Translations under genes and position numbers: made by a program
The notes under the pieces: generated by a model
Databases searched by the model: none
Seen by the model: only the letters and a program-made list of their open reading frames with translations
Told to the model about the DNA's origin: nothing
Origin: Spirochaetota bacterium
GTDB lineage: Bacteria > Spirochaetota > UBA6919 > CBDBPB01
Assembly: GCA_965208615.1 (NCBI GenBank)
Contig: CBDBPB010000006.1
Span: 160,001 to 224,000, forward strand
Length of the DNA: 64,000 nucleotides
Direction of reading: 5' to 3'
Part shown: positions 43,050-54,179 of the stretch, piece by piece
How the letters are laid out: each line of letters begins with the position of its first letter
Position numbering within the stretch: position 1 is the stretch's first letter

Positions 43050-43445
43050 ATGGTAGCTAACAAGTTAATAGATAAAATAGAAAATTATTTAATCTCCCTT
43101 AACTTAGCTTATGAAAAGATTAACGATAGTATGTGGGTTGTTCATGATGAGTTTGATAACATTGATAATATAGTTATCTCACTAGAAGAACCTCTTTTAA
43201 TATTCAGGGTTAGATTGATGAATATACCTTCTAACGACAAAGAATCTTTTTTTGAAAAGCTTTTAAGATTAAATACCTCAAGCCTTGTACATGGAGCCTA
43301 TGGCTTAGAAGATGATTATGTTGTAATTGTGGATACCCTACAATCTGAAAATCTTGATATTAATGAGTTTCAGGCATCTATCGACTCCATTGTTATGGCA
43401 ATTTCTAATGATTATAAAGAACTATCCCAGTTTTTAAACAATTAA
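43050..43445 (+). CDS. YbjN/CesT-like (type III chaperone fold) protein
   Basis: Acidic 131 aa, FFEKLLRLN..LVHGAYGL..ENLD.NEF. Confidence 0.75.
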   Translation: MVANKLIDKIENYLISLNLAYEKINDSMWVVHDEFDNIDNIVISLEEPLLIFRVRLMNIPSNDKESFFEKLLRLNTSSLVHGAYGLEDDYVVIVDTLQSENLDINEFQASIDSIVMAISNDYKELSQFLNN

Positions 43446-43457
43446 ACAGGAGGTAAT

Positions 43458-44180
43458 ATGGGTATTTTTGAGCGTATTGTAACAGTCGTCAAATCTAATA
43501 TAAATGATATGATTAGTAAGTCAGAAGATCCTAAAAAAATGCTTGAGCAAATAATCTTGGATATGAATGAAAAACTTATTCAGGCTAAACAAAAAGTTGC
43601 TCATTCAATAGCCGATGAGAAAAAGCTTAAAAAAGCTTATATTGAGGCTAATACAGAGGCCTCATCGTGGGAAAAAAGAGCTGTTTTAGCTGTGAATAAA
43701 GATAATGATGGCCTAGCTATGGAGGCTTTAAAAAAACAAGAGTCTGCTGAGAATACTGCTTTACAATATCAACAACAATGGAGAGCTCAAAAAGATGCTG
43801 TTGATAAGTTAAAAATGGCTCTTCAGGGGCTAAACGATAAAATTCAAGAGGCACGAAGAAAAAAGAACTTATTAATCGCTAGACAAAAAAGAGCAGAGGC
43901 TCAAAGTAAAATTAGTCAAACTATGGCAAGTTTATCTGATTCCTCCGCCTTTGATAGCTTTTCTAGAATGGAGGCTAAGGTTGATGAAATAGAGGCTAAG
44001 GCAGAAGCAGAAAATGAATTAAGTAAAACATTATCAGGCAGTTCTCTCGATGATAAGTTTAAGGCTTTAGAGTTTGAGTCTAATACTGAAAATAAATTAG
44101 CAAACTTAAAACTAGAAAATGATCCCGTTATTAATGACAAGCTTGCTTCATTAAAGACTAAAATGGGCAAGGATATTTAA
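43458..44180 (+). CDS. pspA: PspA/IM30 (Vipp1) family protein
   Basis: MGIFERI..KSNIN..EDPKKMLEQII.DM, coiled coil, FSRMEAKV. Confidence 0.95.
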   Translation: MGIFERIVTVVKSNINDMISKSEDPKKMLEQIILDMNEKLIQAKQKVAHSIADEKKLKKAYIEANTEASSWEKRAVLAVNKDNDGLAMEALKKQESAENTALQYQQQWRAQKDAVDKLKMALQGLNDKIQEARRKKNLLIARQKRAEAQSKISQTMASLSDSSAFDSFSRMEAKVDEIEAKAEAENELSKTLSGSSLDDKFKALEFESNTENKLANLKLENDPVINDKLASLKTKMGKDI

Positions 44181-44199
44181 CTTTATTTAGGTTGTCCTC

Positions 44200-47100
44200 T
44201 TATATAACAGATAAACCTAAAAAATGAACTATATCTTTAGCACTAAGAGGACGATCTAACTTAAAAAACGGCATTGTAGATAGATCAAAGTTTTTTCCAC
44301 AATTTTTATCTTTAATACAATTAATTTGTTTATCTTTAATTTTAATATAGCGTATAAATGTAACGATAGGATTGTTAGATTGTTCATCTATTTCTTTTAT
44401 TCTAACGATATATTTTGGAACTCCTTTTATATATTCTATATTATTTGTAAGATTTTTAGTTTTAGAAGAATCAAGTTCTTTTATGTAGTATAACAAATAG
44501 TATTCTCCTTCTAATAGGGGTTTTTTAACTATTTGTTCTTTTTTATCCTGATCAAATTCCTCTGTAATAAAGAACTTTAAAGTTTTTTCAGGCAGAGTAT
44601 CATGTATAATAGGACTATAAACAGTAATAATATGTTGTTCTTTTTGGGCTAACAAAGAATAACGATAGCTATAGTAAGACCTATCTTCATTAGTCAACTG
44701 AGCTAAATAAGTTATATTAACCTTTTTTTCATTGTCCTCAGAAGATATTATATTACCAAGACCATATGGTAATAATTTATTATCCACGTTAATATAAATA
44801 TTAAATAGTTTTTTTGTTATACTGTATGGAGTGGCTTTATCAGTGTAATCTTCTTGCATATCCCTTTGCTTATTTATATCACCGTTAATTGTTAATTGAA
44901 TATCCTCTTTAGAAGCTAAATCTTTAATTTCAGAATCAGATAACTCTTTAAGATTGTTATCCAAAAGGTTATCCGCTGGTTCAGTAGTTTCACCAAGCTT
45001 TTTCATAGTTTTATCTTCATCTTGGATTTTAGGTATTTCATCTATTAAGTCTGGTTCTTCAGTTATACTTTTTGGTGGCTCAAAAGACATATCAGACTTA
45101 TTCAAAAATGACTCACCAGTACTATCCTCGTTTTTTCTATTATTTTCTATTTCTCTATCTTCTACAATAGATATATCTTCTATTTTATCTTCTTCAGAAG
45201 AGAAGTCTTTTTTTATATCTGTTAAATCAGGCAATTTAACATCAAAATGCCTATTAGAAAGATTATCAGGACTTATATCATCCAATTTTTTTTCTCCAGC
45301 TAAGTCTGACTCTTTATCCATAGGTTTTTCTATTTCATCTGGCTTAGTGAACTTAATTTTCTCTAATTCATGAGGTAGAGTTGAGGCAATAAGACTATCT
45401 ATGTCAACATCAGGAGTATCACTTTGTTCTACAACCTGACGATCTTCAAAAACTTCGCTTAATATATTCTGAGTTTTCTTATCCTCCTTATTTACTCTCA
45501 TATCATAATTATAACTATAATTTTTCTTTTCTTTATTTTCTATAGAAATACCGCCAGACACCTTATCAAGATAGTAATGCTCTATCACATCCTGAAAGCG
45601 TAGTGATGGATAGTATTCTCCAATATATAGATTTTCACTCTTTGGCTGGGACAAGTCTAACTCTTCCTTTTTACCATTAACAACTATTCCTAGCACTGGA
45701 CGATGAGCTAATTCATTATATCTAATAACCATGGCATCATACAATTTTTTATTGGTATTATTAAAATTGTATATAGGTACTATTTCATTTATTTTATAAA
45801 TATTAATTGACCTAATAAACTGGTCAACTAAGTACCCATCAAAGGATTTTTCTTGCATTAGTTGACTTTGAACATCAAACACCCCATTTTTATCAGGCTT
45901 ATTATTGCTATCTGAGGGATATACACTATTAAGAATTAAATATCTAACTAGGTTATCTCGTTGAAATGGAATATGAAAAGGTGTATGAAATAAATATTCT
46001 AAAAAAAAACTCAATTATACTTGATAGTCTAGTTAGCTCATTAATTGGTTGTTCATAAAAATTATTGGATACAGTTACAGTATTGCCAAACCTGTCTAAC
46101 ACCTGACTTTTTTTTTCTGACATTTTCCTTTTAGGATAACCATAATCATTCAACCACCTCTGGTGATGTTGTAAAATACCACGGCCTATTTCCTTAACAA
46201 ATCCACGATCTTTAAGAGAAGCAAAAAAGTTATAGCTAACATTACAATGTTTTTCATAGAGCAAGCGATTTTTAGAATTAAGCTCTAAAAAGCCATTACC
46301 ACTAAGCTTACCATCACCATCATAAAAGGGATTAGTTAGACGAATAATTAGTTTATCAATAGACTTATGTAAAAAACCATAAACTGCAAAAACAGAAGCT
46401 AATCCCCCTTCTTCTATGTCTTCTTCTGTATATAAATATCGTTTAGGTGGGTCAACACGACGATATTTATCCTGATTAGGAAAGTTTTCTTTAAGTCTAT
46501 AACTTTGTATTTTTGAAACTGTTGTCATAAACGCAAGACCCATGTTAATCATAATTCTTAAAAAATAATTTGTTCTTTCTTCATCATGGGTCTTATCCTG
46601 TTCTTTAATGCTTTCTCCATCCTTAATTTCTTTTAACTTATATATATTCCCTAAACAAGTATTATCAAATATATCCACTTTATCAGGAGTCTTGTTATAA
46701 AAGCCTAAAAGTAAGGTCTTTATGCTGTCTAATATACTACTGGATAAGCCAAATATTGATTGAGCCAAATATTTAGCACCTTCCATTTGCAATGCCTCTA
46801 TAGTTTGTTTAATAAGATCATTGCCTTCTATCATATTAATTGTGCTACCCGGCTTTTTAGCATTACTCTCGTCCAAGACTACCATAGTTTTAGAAAGGTT
46901 TTTTTCAAGCTCTCTTTTATAGTTATAAATGATATTGTTTTTTTTATCCTCTTCAGATATAGGCTCATCCCCAACCCATATAAGATGAAAACCTAATTCT
47001 AAAAGTCTTTTTGCCTCGCCTAATGTTAGATCCTTTCCTTTACGAAATATCCCACCTCTTAGAAAGCTACAGTCTTCTTCTAAGTAATACCTTTTTAAAT

Positions 47101-47239
47101 TAGTAAGCTTTTCTTTAATTTTTTTAAACTCCGGACTATTAGCTCCTAAATCCTTTTTGATTTTATGTGCTTGTGCCTTGAGCTCTTCTTTTTCTTTTAA
47201 ATTTTTAATTATATTTGTGGTAAGCATTCTTCGAATCAT
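44200..47239 (-). CDS. Large (~1012 aa) protein with degenerate HD-GYP-like domain and acidic linker; split by a frameshift at the A9 run 46001-46009
   Basis: ORF 45953-47239 ends ILQHHQRWLNDYGYP..INELTRLSSIIEFF; removing one base continues into LEYLFHTPFHIPF of ORF 44200-46014. Confidence 0.7.
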
Positions 47240-47588
47240 TATGTTGTTCCTTAATAATAAAGGCAGTTATATTAATATAATTTAAAATAACCTTAATATT
47301 TAGTAAAAGTATAGTAATAACTCTTTTAATTTATACTAAATAATATTTAAAATTAATCAAAATGCTATATTAATAATAAACACCTAAAACACTTCTGGTG
47401 AATTATACTATATATTATTAATTTAAAAATTAATAATATATACTCGGTATATTTAAAATTGGGGTTAACAACGATTTTTTATAAATTAGTTAAATGATAT
47501 ACACTAATTTTATATGTACAGCGGATGATTGTATAAAGTAAGTATTAAGCTCTTAGGCTTAAAGATATAAGTTAAAACAAGTATTTTT

Positions 47589-48035
47589 TTATATATTATC
47601 AATAACTTCTTTGGAGTGTTTGTCAACTTTTACTTTTCTAAATATTTTTTTAATTTTGCCATCTGGATCAATAATAAAGGTTGACCTCTCAACTCCCATA
47701 AACCTTTTACCATACATAGCTTTTTCTTTCCATACCCCATAAAGTTCTAGAACCTCTTTATCAGGATCGCTTAGCAGTAAAAATGGAAGATTATATTTAC
47801 TAATAAAGTTCTTATGGGATTTTATACTATCTTTACTTATTCCAATAATAACAGAGTTTTTGTATAGGTTAAAGTCATCTCTAAAATTGCATGCTTCTTT
47901 AGTACACCCGGGAGTATTATCACGAGGATAGAAAAATAATATAACTGTTTTTCCTTTAAACTGGTCTAAGCTAATTTTAGAGTCATCACTAGCAAATAAA
48001 GAAAAATTAGGAGCACTGTCTCCTTCTTTAAGCAT
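47589..48035 (-). CDS. bcp: Thioredoxin-dependent peroxiredoxin Bcp
   Basis: FFYPRDNTPGCTKEACNFRD, ERSTFIID. Confidence 0.97.
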   Translation of the reverse strand: MLKEGDSAPNFSLFASDDSKISLDQFKGKTVILFFYPRDNTPGCTKEACNFRDDFNLYKNSVIIGISKDSIKSHKNFISKYNLPFLLLSDPDKEVLELYGVWKEKAMYGKRFMGVERSTFIIDPDGKIKKIFRKVKVDKHSKEVIDNI

Positions 48036-48070
48036 AAGGTTTTCCTAAAAATTAATTTTCTCTATTTATA

Positions 48071-48481
48071 TTAACCGGCTTTAACTGCCATATCACCAAT
48101 TTTGGTTTGTTCTAAAACTGTAGACATAGCTTTATATACCTTATCCCAAACATCATACATCTCACAAGACCCAATACGAGTACAAACTCCAGCATCAGGA
48201 ACACATTCATTGATACCAAGAGGTCCTTCAATAGCCTCTATAACGTCTTTAAAGCTAATTTCCTCTGGGGATATACAAAGTTTATACCCACCATTTGCAC
48301 CTTTATGAGCTTTTACAAGACCTCTAATGCTTAGGTCTTTTAAGATTTTTGCCATAAAGTCTCTACTAACCCCAGTAGCCTTTGATATTTCACTAATAAG
48401 GTGTATTTTAGAAAAGGTATGCTGAGATAGATAGATTACGGCTCTTAAAGCATAGTCAGCTTTTCTACTTATTTTCATCAT
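48071..48481 (-). CDS. Rrf2 family transcriptional regulator (three Cys, Fe-S type)
   Basis: DYALRA, KGANGGY, IEG..ECVPDAGVCTRIGSC. Confidence 0.93.
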   Translation of the reverse strand: MMKISRKADYALRAVIYLSQHTFSKIHLISEISKATGVSRDFMAKILKDLSIRGLVKAHKGANGGYKLCISPEEISFKDVIEAIEGPLGINECVPDAGVCTRIGSCEMYDVWDKVYKAMSTVLEQTKIGDMAVKAG

Positions 48482-48590
48482 ATAGTTAACTAAACATTAT
48501 ATATTATACTAAAAAGCTTAACATACCATCATCAGTTTATAGTAAAGTGATGTAAATTTTAAGTAAGCTAATATCCAAACCATTTTTATA

Positions 48591-48619
48591 AAGCTAACTT
48601 ATATTTTTCTTTTTGTCAA
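48591..48619 (-). promoter_or_regulatory. Sigma70 promoter of rrf2-bcp
   Basis: TTGACA-N17-TAGCTT on the minus strand. Confidence 0.5.
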
Positions 48620-48647
48620 GTAAAAAAAATACCTTATAATTAATATT

Positions 48648-49358
48648 TTATTTTATAGTTAAGTTATCATTAGTATATTTTAATATTGACCTTATATGGT
48701 TTAAAAAACTGTTTTTATCTTTGTCTATATACTCATTAGAGAATATAGGCGGGTGAATAATGACTTTTAATGGTTTTAAATATACCCTATAACTATCCGG
48801 AGGATTAACTTTATTACTACCGCATATATTTACGGGTAATAGTGGTACTTTAGTTTGTTTGCTTAGATAATATATACCACTTTTAAATGGTAACAGGTTA
48901 TCAGAGTTACTCCACGTGCCTTCTGGAAAGATTATAATATTTTGATTATTTTTAAGTTTTTCTTTTGCAACCTCAATAGCCTTAGCTACCTTCATACTAC
49001 CCCTCTTAACTGGTATATAGCCTAATGTTTTTATAACCCAGCCAAATATTGGTATTCTAAATAGTGAATCTTTGGCCATCCAAGAAAATGGAACCTTTAA
49101 TATAGCACTAAATAAAAATATATCAAAGTTACTCTGGTGATTGGCAAATATAATTTGAGAACGATTTTTAAGAATATTATTTTCACCAATAACCTCAATC
49201 TTGTGGAAGATTAGTATTAGTTTACCCCATATTCTAACTATAAGCTGGTTAATATTATTCAATTTAAAAAGTAGATTAATTAATAAGATAGGAATAGCCA
49301 ATATTATGATGACAACAGTAATTATAATGGTCCAGGATAACAAAATGGGGCTAAGCAT
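48648..49358 (-). CDS. plsC: 1-acyl-sn-glycerol-3-phosphate acyltransferase
   Basis: NHQSNFD, FPEGT, FKSG. Confidence 0.9.
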   Translation of the reverse strand: MLSPILLSWTIIITVVIIILAIPILLINLLFKLNNINQLIVRIWGKLILIFHKIEVIGENNILKNRSQIIFANHQSNFDIFLFSAILKVPFSWMAKDSLFRIPIFGWVIKTLGYIPVKRGSMKVAKAIEVAKEKLKNNQNIIIFPEGTWSNSDNLLPFKSGIYYLSKQTKVPLLPVNICGSNKVNPPDSYRVYLKPLKVIIHPPIFSNEYIDKDKNSFLNHIRSILKYTNDNLTIK

Positions 49359-50058
49359 ATTTTCCTATAAGCGGTACAAACATACAATAGTTAATCAACT
49401 GTATATTAAAGTCATATTCGCTATTTATAGTAAGTCCTAGTTTAGTTAGTTGACTATTTTTAGATTTAGTATATTTAGCAGTTTTGGAGGTTTTTTGTAT
49501 TTGATAAAGTATTTGTGTTCTGTCTTTACCCACCGGCATTATTATTATTCCCCCAGTTTTTAGTTGCTCAACCAATGGAGCCGGTATTTTAGTACCTCCA
49601 GCCGTTACTATTATTCTATCAAATTGTGAATAGTCTATCCAACCCAATGATCCATCACCTATTTTCATAGTTATATTATTATATTCCAAAAAGTCATTAA
49701 GAATATAGTCAGCCTTTTTATAGAGTTCTGGTATAACTTCAATGGTATATACACTTTTAGCTATATTAGATAGTACAGCAGTTTGATAACCTGATCCAGT
49801 GCCAATTTCTAAAACACTCATTTCTTTTCCTAAATATAATTTCTCAGTCATAATGGCAACCATATACGGCTGAGAGATAGTTTGACCATAACCTATAGAA
49901 AGAGGATGATCTTCGTATGCCTTAAGTTTATCCCCTTGCCTAACAAAATAATGCCTTTCTACTGATAACATAGACTCAATAACCAAAGGATCAATAATAT
50001 CACGACTTATAATTTGATTTTTAACCATATTTTGTCGTTGAATAGTATAATCGGTCAT
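49351..50058 (-). CDS. pcm: Protein-L-isoaspartate O-methyltransferase
   Basis: IGYGQTISQPYMVA, VLEIGTGSGYQTA, FDRIIVTAG, FVPLIG. Confidence 0.97.
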   Translation of the reverse strand: MTDYTIQRQNMVKNQIISRDIIDPLVIESMLSVERHYFVRQGDKLKAYEDHPLSIGYGQTISQPYMVAIMTEKLYLGKEMSVLEIGTGSGYQTAVLSNIAKSVYTIEVIPELYKKADYILNDFLEYNNITMKIGDGSLGWIDYSQFDRIIVTAGGTKIPAPLVEQLKTGGIIIMPVGKDRTQILYQIQKTSKTAKYTKSKNSQLTKLGLTINSEYDFNIQLINYCMFVPLIGKYA

Positions 50059-50267
50059 AATAATTCTCTTATATGCTATATTAAAATTTACTTTATATTA
50101 AATAAAAGGTCAACATAGTACATTACTGTAATTTTAAAGTAAAAAGCTTAAAAAAATTATTTATATATAACTAAAGTTAAAAGTAATTTTTTTAGATTAT
50201 AAAAATTAAAAAAATATTCATTTTTAAAATAATGCTTATATTATTAAAAAATGCTAAAGGAGCTTTT

Positions 50268-50549
50268 ATGTTTTATAAAAATCCATTATTATTTATAACC
50301 CTTATTATACTATTGGCCACTATTCAGTGTAGCAAGAAAACCGTAAAACCAGAACCACCTTTAAAACCAAAAAAAGAACCTGTTAAAGTAGTACAGGTAA
50401 AAGAAAAAAGCGATGAAGAAGTTTATAGATATAATCAATCTATTAAAAATAAACACATTAACTTCGGAATTCCAATGAAAGATGAGGCCGGAGTAAAAAC
50501 ATGGGATAAAAATAACAACTTTTGGGAACCCTATGCAAAATACAAATAA
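50268..50549 (+). CDS. Small lipoprotein
   Basis: AAGGAG SD, hydrophobic signal ending TIQ-C, Pro/Lys linker. Confidence 0.7.
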   Translation: MFYKNPLLFITLIILLATIQCSKKTVKPEPPLKPKKEPVKVVQVKEKSDEEVYRYNQSIKNKHINFGIPMKDEAGVKTWDKNNNFWEPYAKYK

Positions 50550-50570
50550 TAGCTTTACCTAAGCACTATT

Positions 50571-51107
50571 TTAAATAGCGGTATCCATTTCTATTATGCC
50601 TATAGGCAGGTAGTTTCGCCACTGGACAGGAATAGTGTGAAACTTATTATGAAAGGCAATATAACTATTTTCAGAAGGCTTAAAAGGTTTATTTAACAGC
50701 CTAAAATTAACTTGATCTAAGTTATAGCTTCCTTTTTTATTATTACAATAATTACATGCAGTTACAATGTTAGTCCATGTTTTTCTACCTCCTTTTGAGT
50801 AGGGGATTATATGGTCAAGGGTTAGTTGTGATTTATTAAATTTATTTCCACAATAAGCACAGGTATAATTATCCCTAAAAAAGATGTTTTCTTTTGAAAA
50901 ACGAAGTATTTTATATTTGTTTATATTGACATAATAATAAAGACGTATAACTGATGGTGCTTTTAACACTAGGTTTGGTGAGCGTATTAATAAATTATCA
51001 TACTCTTCTAATAGCTGAGCCTTTTCTTTATATATTAAAATAACAGCCTTTTTCCATGATACTATTTTTAAGGGCTCATAACTACTATTTAGCAATAAAA
51101 CCCGCAT
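50571..51107 (-). CDS. HNH endonuclease (McrA/HNH_5-like, stand-alone)
   Basis: VLLLNSSYEPL, RDNYTCAYCG, TLDHIIP..GG..W.NIVTACNYCNNKKG. Confidence 0.93.
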   Translation of the reverse strand: MRVLLLNSSYEPLKIVSWKKAVILIYKEKAQLLEEYDNLLIRSPNLVLKAPSVIRLYYYVNINKYKILRFSKENIFFRDNYTCAYCGNKFNKSQLTLDHIIPYSKGGRKTWTNIVTACNYCNNKKGSYNLDQVNFRLLNKPFKPSENSYIAFHNKFHTIPVQWRNYLPIGIIEMDTAI

Positions 51108-51443
51108 AATATGATCTCCAAAAGCCCTATTTATTAAATTATAAGCAGGACAACCATAAAAACCATTATTAAACTACTAAAACAATAAATCAACGCCTTA
51201 GGTTATATGCCGTTAATAAAAATATATGAATTGTTAAAATATTAAATATAATATATTACTGTTTTATTTCAAAAAAAATTATTATTAGCCATTCTACTTT
51301 ATAGCATATAAAGATTATAGCCACTTATATATTATTTGTTAATCATTAGTATATAAATACTGGCTATACATATAAAGCAACTTATATTATAACTATTTAT
51401 ATTATAGCAAGTTAGTATAAAATCAAGTGAATATTAGCTGGTT

Positions 51444-51470
51444 TAATGTTAACCTTTAGTCTGCCGATAC
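51444..51470 (+). promoter_or_regulatory. Possible sigma28 promoter
   Basis: TAAT-N15-GCCGATAC, 33 nt upstream of ATG 51504. Confidence 0.45.
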
Positions 51471-51503
51471 TTTTTCAAAAGTAATAATTAAGAAGAATAC
51501 ATT

Positions 51504-52577
51504 ATGAAAGAAATATTGAGATTTTTAGTCACTGCTGTTATTATATGCATACTTTTAACTCTAACCATATTTACAATTAAATATACCAGCCTAACAAAAC
51601 ATTTAATTTTTATAGATCAAAATTACATAAAAAATATAGACTTTTTGTTAAAGCTAATACAAATCATAATTATAAAGCACCATATATTAATATTCTTTAT
51701 TACCACCTTTTTAACACCGCTGTTTTTTATGAACTCTATTAGAGTAAAAGTTATGGTGACTTATGGAAAAGGAATGTTAATTAGTATAGTATTAGGACTA
51801 CTATTTATTATTATTTTAGTTTTGTTTAGCCAAAAAGATATTACTACATCCGAACCTAAACTATACTACTCAAAAGAAAAGATATATAAATCCCATAATA
51901 ACTTAAAAATAGGAGATAAAATACTTTTTTATTCAAAATATAAAGATAATAGATTTTCTAATATATTACTATCCCCTCCAATTGTTAGCAGTAATTTTGT
52001 ACTAACGTTTTCATTTAGTGGAAAGCTAAAAAATAATAAAATTATATTAAACGATCCCCTTCATATAGAAGAAAAAGGAATAACCCTTACTAAAAAGAAA
52101 GTTATACCCTATTTTCAAAACGAAAATAACGTTTTTACTAGTATCAAAAAAGAAGTAAATAATAAAATTAATTACATAAACAATATTATTAGCTATATCC
52201 CCTTATTAAAATATGAAGAATATTTAGTATCACAAATAAACAATTTTTATAAAAAGAATATTGGTATACAAACCCTATATAAAATTATTAGTTTTTTATT
52301 TGAGATTATTGGCATTATAATTATATTTTTCTCAGTAGGCTTAATTCTAAGCACTAAGAACATGCCCCTCCTTAACCTATTTACGTCTTTTATATTAGGT
52401 TTATTATTAGTCTATCTATTAACAATTAGCTATAGTTTAGCAGAACAAAGATTGGATATAGTAGTTAAATATATAAACATGCCAAACATACCTGGAATAT
52501 TAATATTATTAATTTCAGCTATACTCTTCTTATTTGCATACATGAAGTACGAGAGAATCATACTACAAACACAATAA
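51504..52577 (+). CDS. Multi-pass membrane protein (3 TM + soluble domain + 3 TM)
   Basis: Hydrophobicity pattern by eye. Confidence 0.7.
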   Translation: MKEILRFLVTAVIICILLTLTIFTIKYTSLTKHLIFIDQNYIKNIDFLLKLIQIIIIKHHILIFFITTFLTPLFFMNSIRVKVMVTYGKGMLISIVLGLLFIIILVLFSQKDITTSEPKLYYSKEKIYKSHNNLKIGDKILFYSKYKDNRFSNILLSPPIVSSNFVLTFSFSGKLKNNKIILNDPLHIEEKGITLTKKKVIPYFQNENNVFTSIKKEVNNKINYINNIISYIPLLKYEEYLVSQINNFYKKNIGIQTLYKIISFLFEIIGIIIIFFSVGLILSTKNMPLLNLFTSFILGLLLVYLLTISYSLAEQRLDIVVKYINMPNIPGILILLISAILFLFAYMKYERIILQTQ

Positions 52578-52586
52578 GGATTCTAT

Positions 52587-54179
52587 ATGTATTTACATAC
52601 TCTAAGGCGTATTATAAGTATATTTTTTATTGTATTAATTCCATTAGTGATAGGGGATTTAATAATAGAGAATAAACTAGATGATCTATATAACTTGTGT
52701 TATAACTTATTATTTACCTCTATATACTATATACCCCACTCTTTTATTGCTTCGTATTTCATATTTATTTCTGTATTTCTATTTAAAAAAAAGAATACTA
52801 GACTAAATAAAAATATTACAAATAAAATAATATTTTCACCAGTAAAGTTAGGAGTATTCATAGCTTTTATTGGATTATCTGCCTTATTAATAAACTTTTT
52901 TCTTAGAGAAGTTTTTCTTCCTAATTTTTATTCCAATACTAATGCAGGGTATATCGAAAAAAAGCCTCAAAATATTAAAAAGGTAAGAAATAAGATATAT
53001 GACATAATAGACAGTTTTCAAAAAATAGATACTAAAAACACTATAAAGCTGGCTAATGACCTTGAAAAAGATAGTATATTTTTGGCTAACTTCTTTAAAA
53101 GAGTTGCACTAAGGTTTAAAAGGTCTGAACTTATTCTTATAGAAAAAGCTAAAAAAGTAGTTCCTAATTTTGAAGAGGCATATTCACACGCCAAAAATAA
53201 AGAATATGATAAGGCAATTGAGATCTTTAATAAGCAAAAGGACTTACCAGAAGTAAAATATTTTATTGATAAAATCCTTGCTGAAAATGAATACTTTACC
53301 AAAAACATTAAAAGGCATAAAATTGAAAGACTTTTGTCATTGGGAGATAGTGCTTATAAGCAAAAGCAGGTTGATGAGCATGGTTATATAGAGTATATTA
53401 AAACATTAAGTTATTACTTTCCAGAGGATAATATAAAACCTAATTTAGATAAATACGAAATTAATAAAGTTACGCCCACTGCCATAAAGGTCATACAAAA
53501 GCTGGAAAAGGTTAAAAAGTATAATTTATTACACAAAAACCTATTTTTTATGGACAGTAATATAAAGTTCGTTACGAATAAAGAATCTTTTTATATGGGA
53601 AAGACTATTCTTTCTATTGGGAGATTATTTATTCACAAGGATAATATTTTTTTAAAAGACATTATTTTGCTTTCAAACATAGATAGTACAGTTAACTCAC
53701 CAGTTTATCTTATCAAGTATGCCCAGTGGATAAAAAGTGAAAAAAAGATAAATATTTATCATATTAAAAATATACTTAGTTTTAAAAAAACTGATAAACA
53801 TTATATAAAAGATAGAAAGTCTGGTTCAATAGTGATGTCATCTAGTATTAAGCTTTATGATCTTGTTAGGTTAAATAAGACAGTTAAGATGGCCCCAAAT
53901 GTATCAATATATGATTTATATTATGTTATTTTAAACCATAGAGAAGTTCTTCCACTTGGGTTCAAGGTATATTTTATTGATAAGCTATCTTATTATGGTA
54001 GTTCAGGGATAATTGTTTTGATAATTTTGTCTATAGGTTTAATCCTAAGAACAAGGAATGGAGAGACTCCCAAACTTCATACTATAATTATAGTTAGTTT
54101 ATTTTTACTTATGCTAACCATAGTTTGTCATTATTTAGTAAAAAGTTTTTTGATGTTAATTTTATCCTCTATTTTATAA
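52587..54179 (+). CDS. Multi-pass membrane protein with large extracytoplasmic domain
   Basis: 3 N-terminal TMs, TPR-like segment, beta-rich segment, C-terminal TMs. Confidence 0.7.
   Translation: MYLHTLRRIISIFFIVLIPLVIGDLIIENKLDDLYNLCYNLLFTSIYYIPHSFIASYFIFISVFLFKKKNTRLNKNITNKIIFSPVKLGVFIAFIGLSALLINFFLREVFLPNFYSNTNAGYIEKKPQNIKKVRNKIYDIIDSFQKIDTKNTIKLANDLEKDSIFLANFFKRVALRFKRSELILIEKAKKVVPNFEEAYSHAKNKEYDKAIEIFNKQKDLPEVKYFIDKILAENEYFTKNIKRHKIERLLSLGDSAYKQKQVDEHGYIEYIKTLSYYFPEDNIKPNLDKYEINKVTPTAIKVIQKLEKVKKYNLLHKNLFFMDSNIKFVTNKESFYMGKTILSIGRLFIHKDNIFLKDIILLSNIDSTVNSPVYLIKYAQWIKSEKKINIYHIKNILSFKKTDKHYIKDRKSGSIVMSSSIKLYDLVRLNKTVKMAPNVSIYDLYYVILNHREVLPLGFKVYFIDKLSYYGSSGIIVLIILSIGLILRTRNGETPKLHTIIIVSLFLLMLTIVCHYLVKSFLMLILSSIL

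Noticed and set aside
50571-51107. HNH gene as a mobile element or defence system
   Set aside because: Matches the widespread stand-alone HNH family; no methylase, terminal repeats or intron context.
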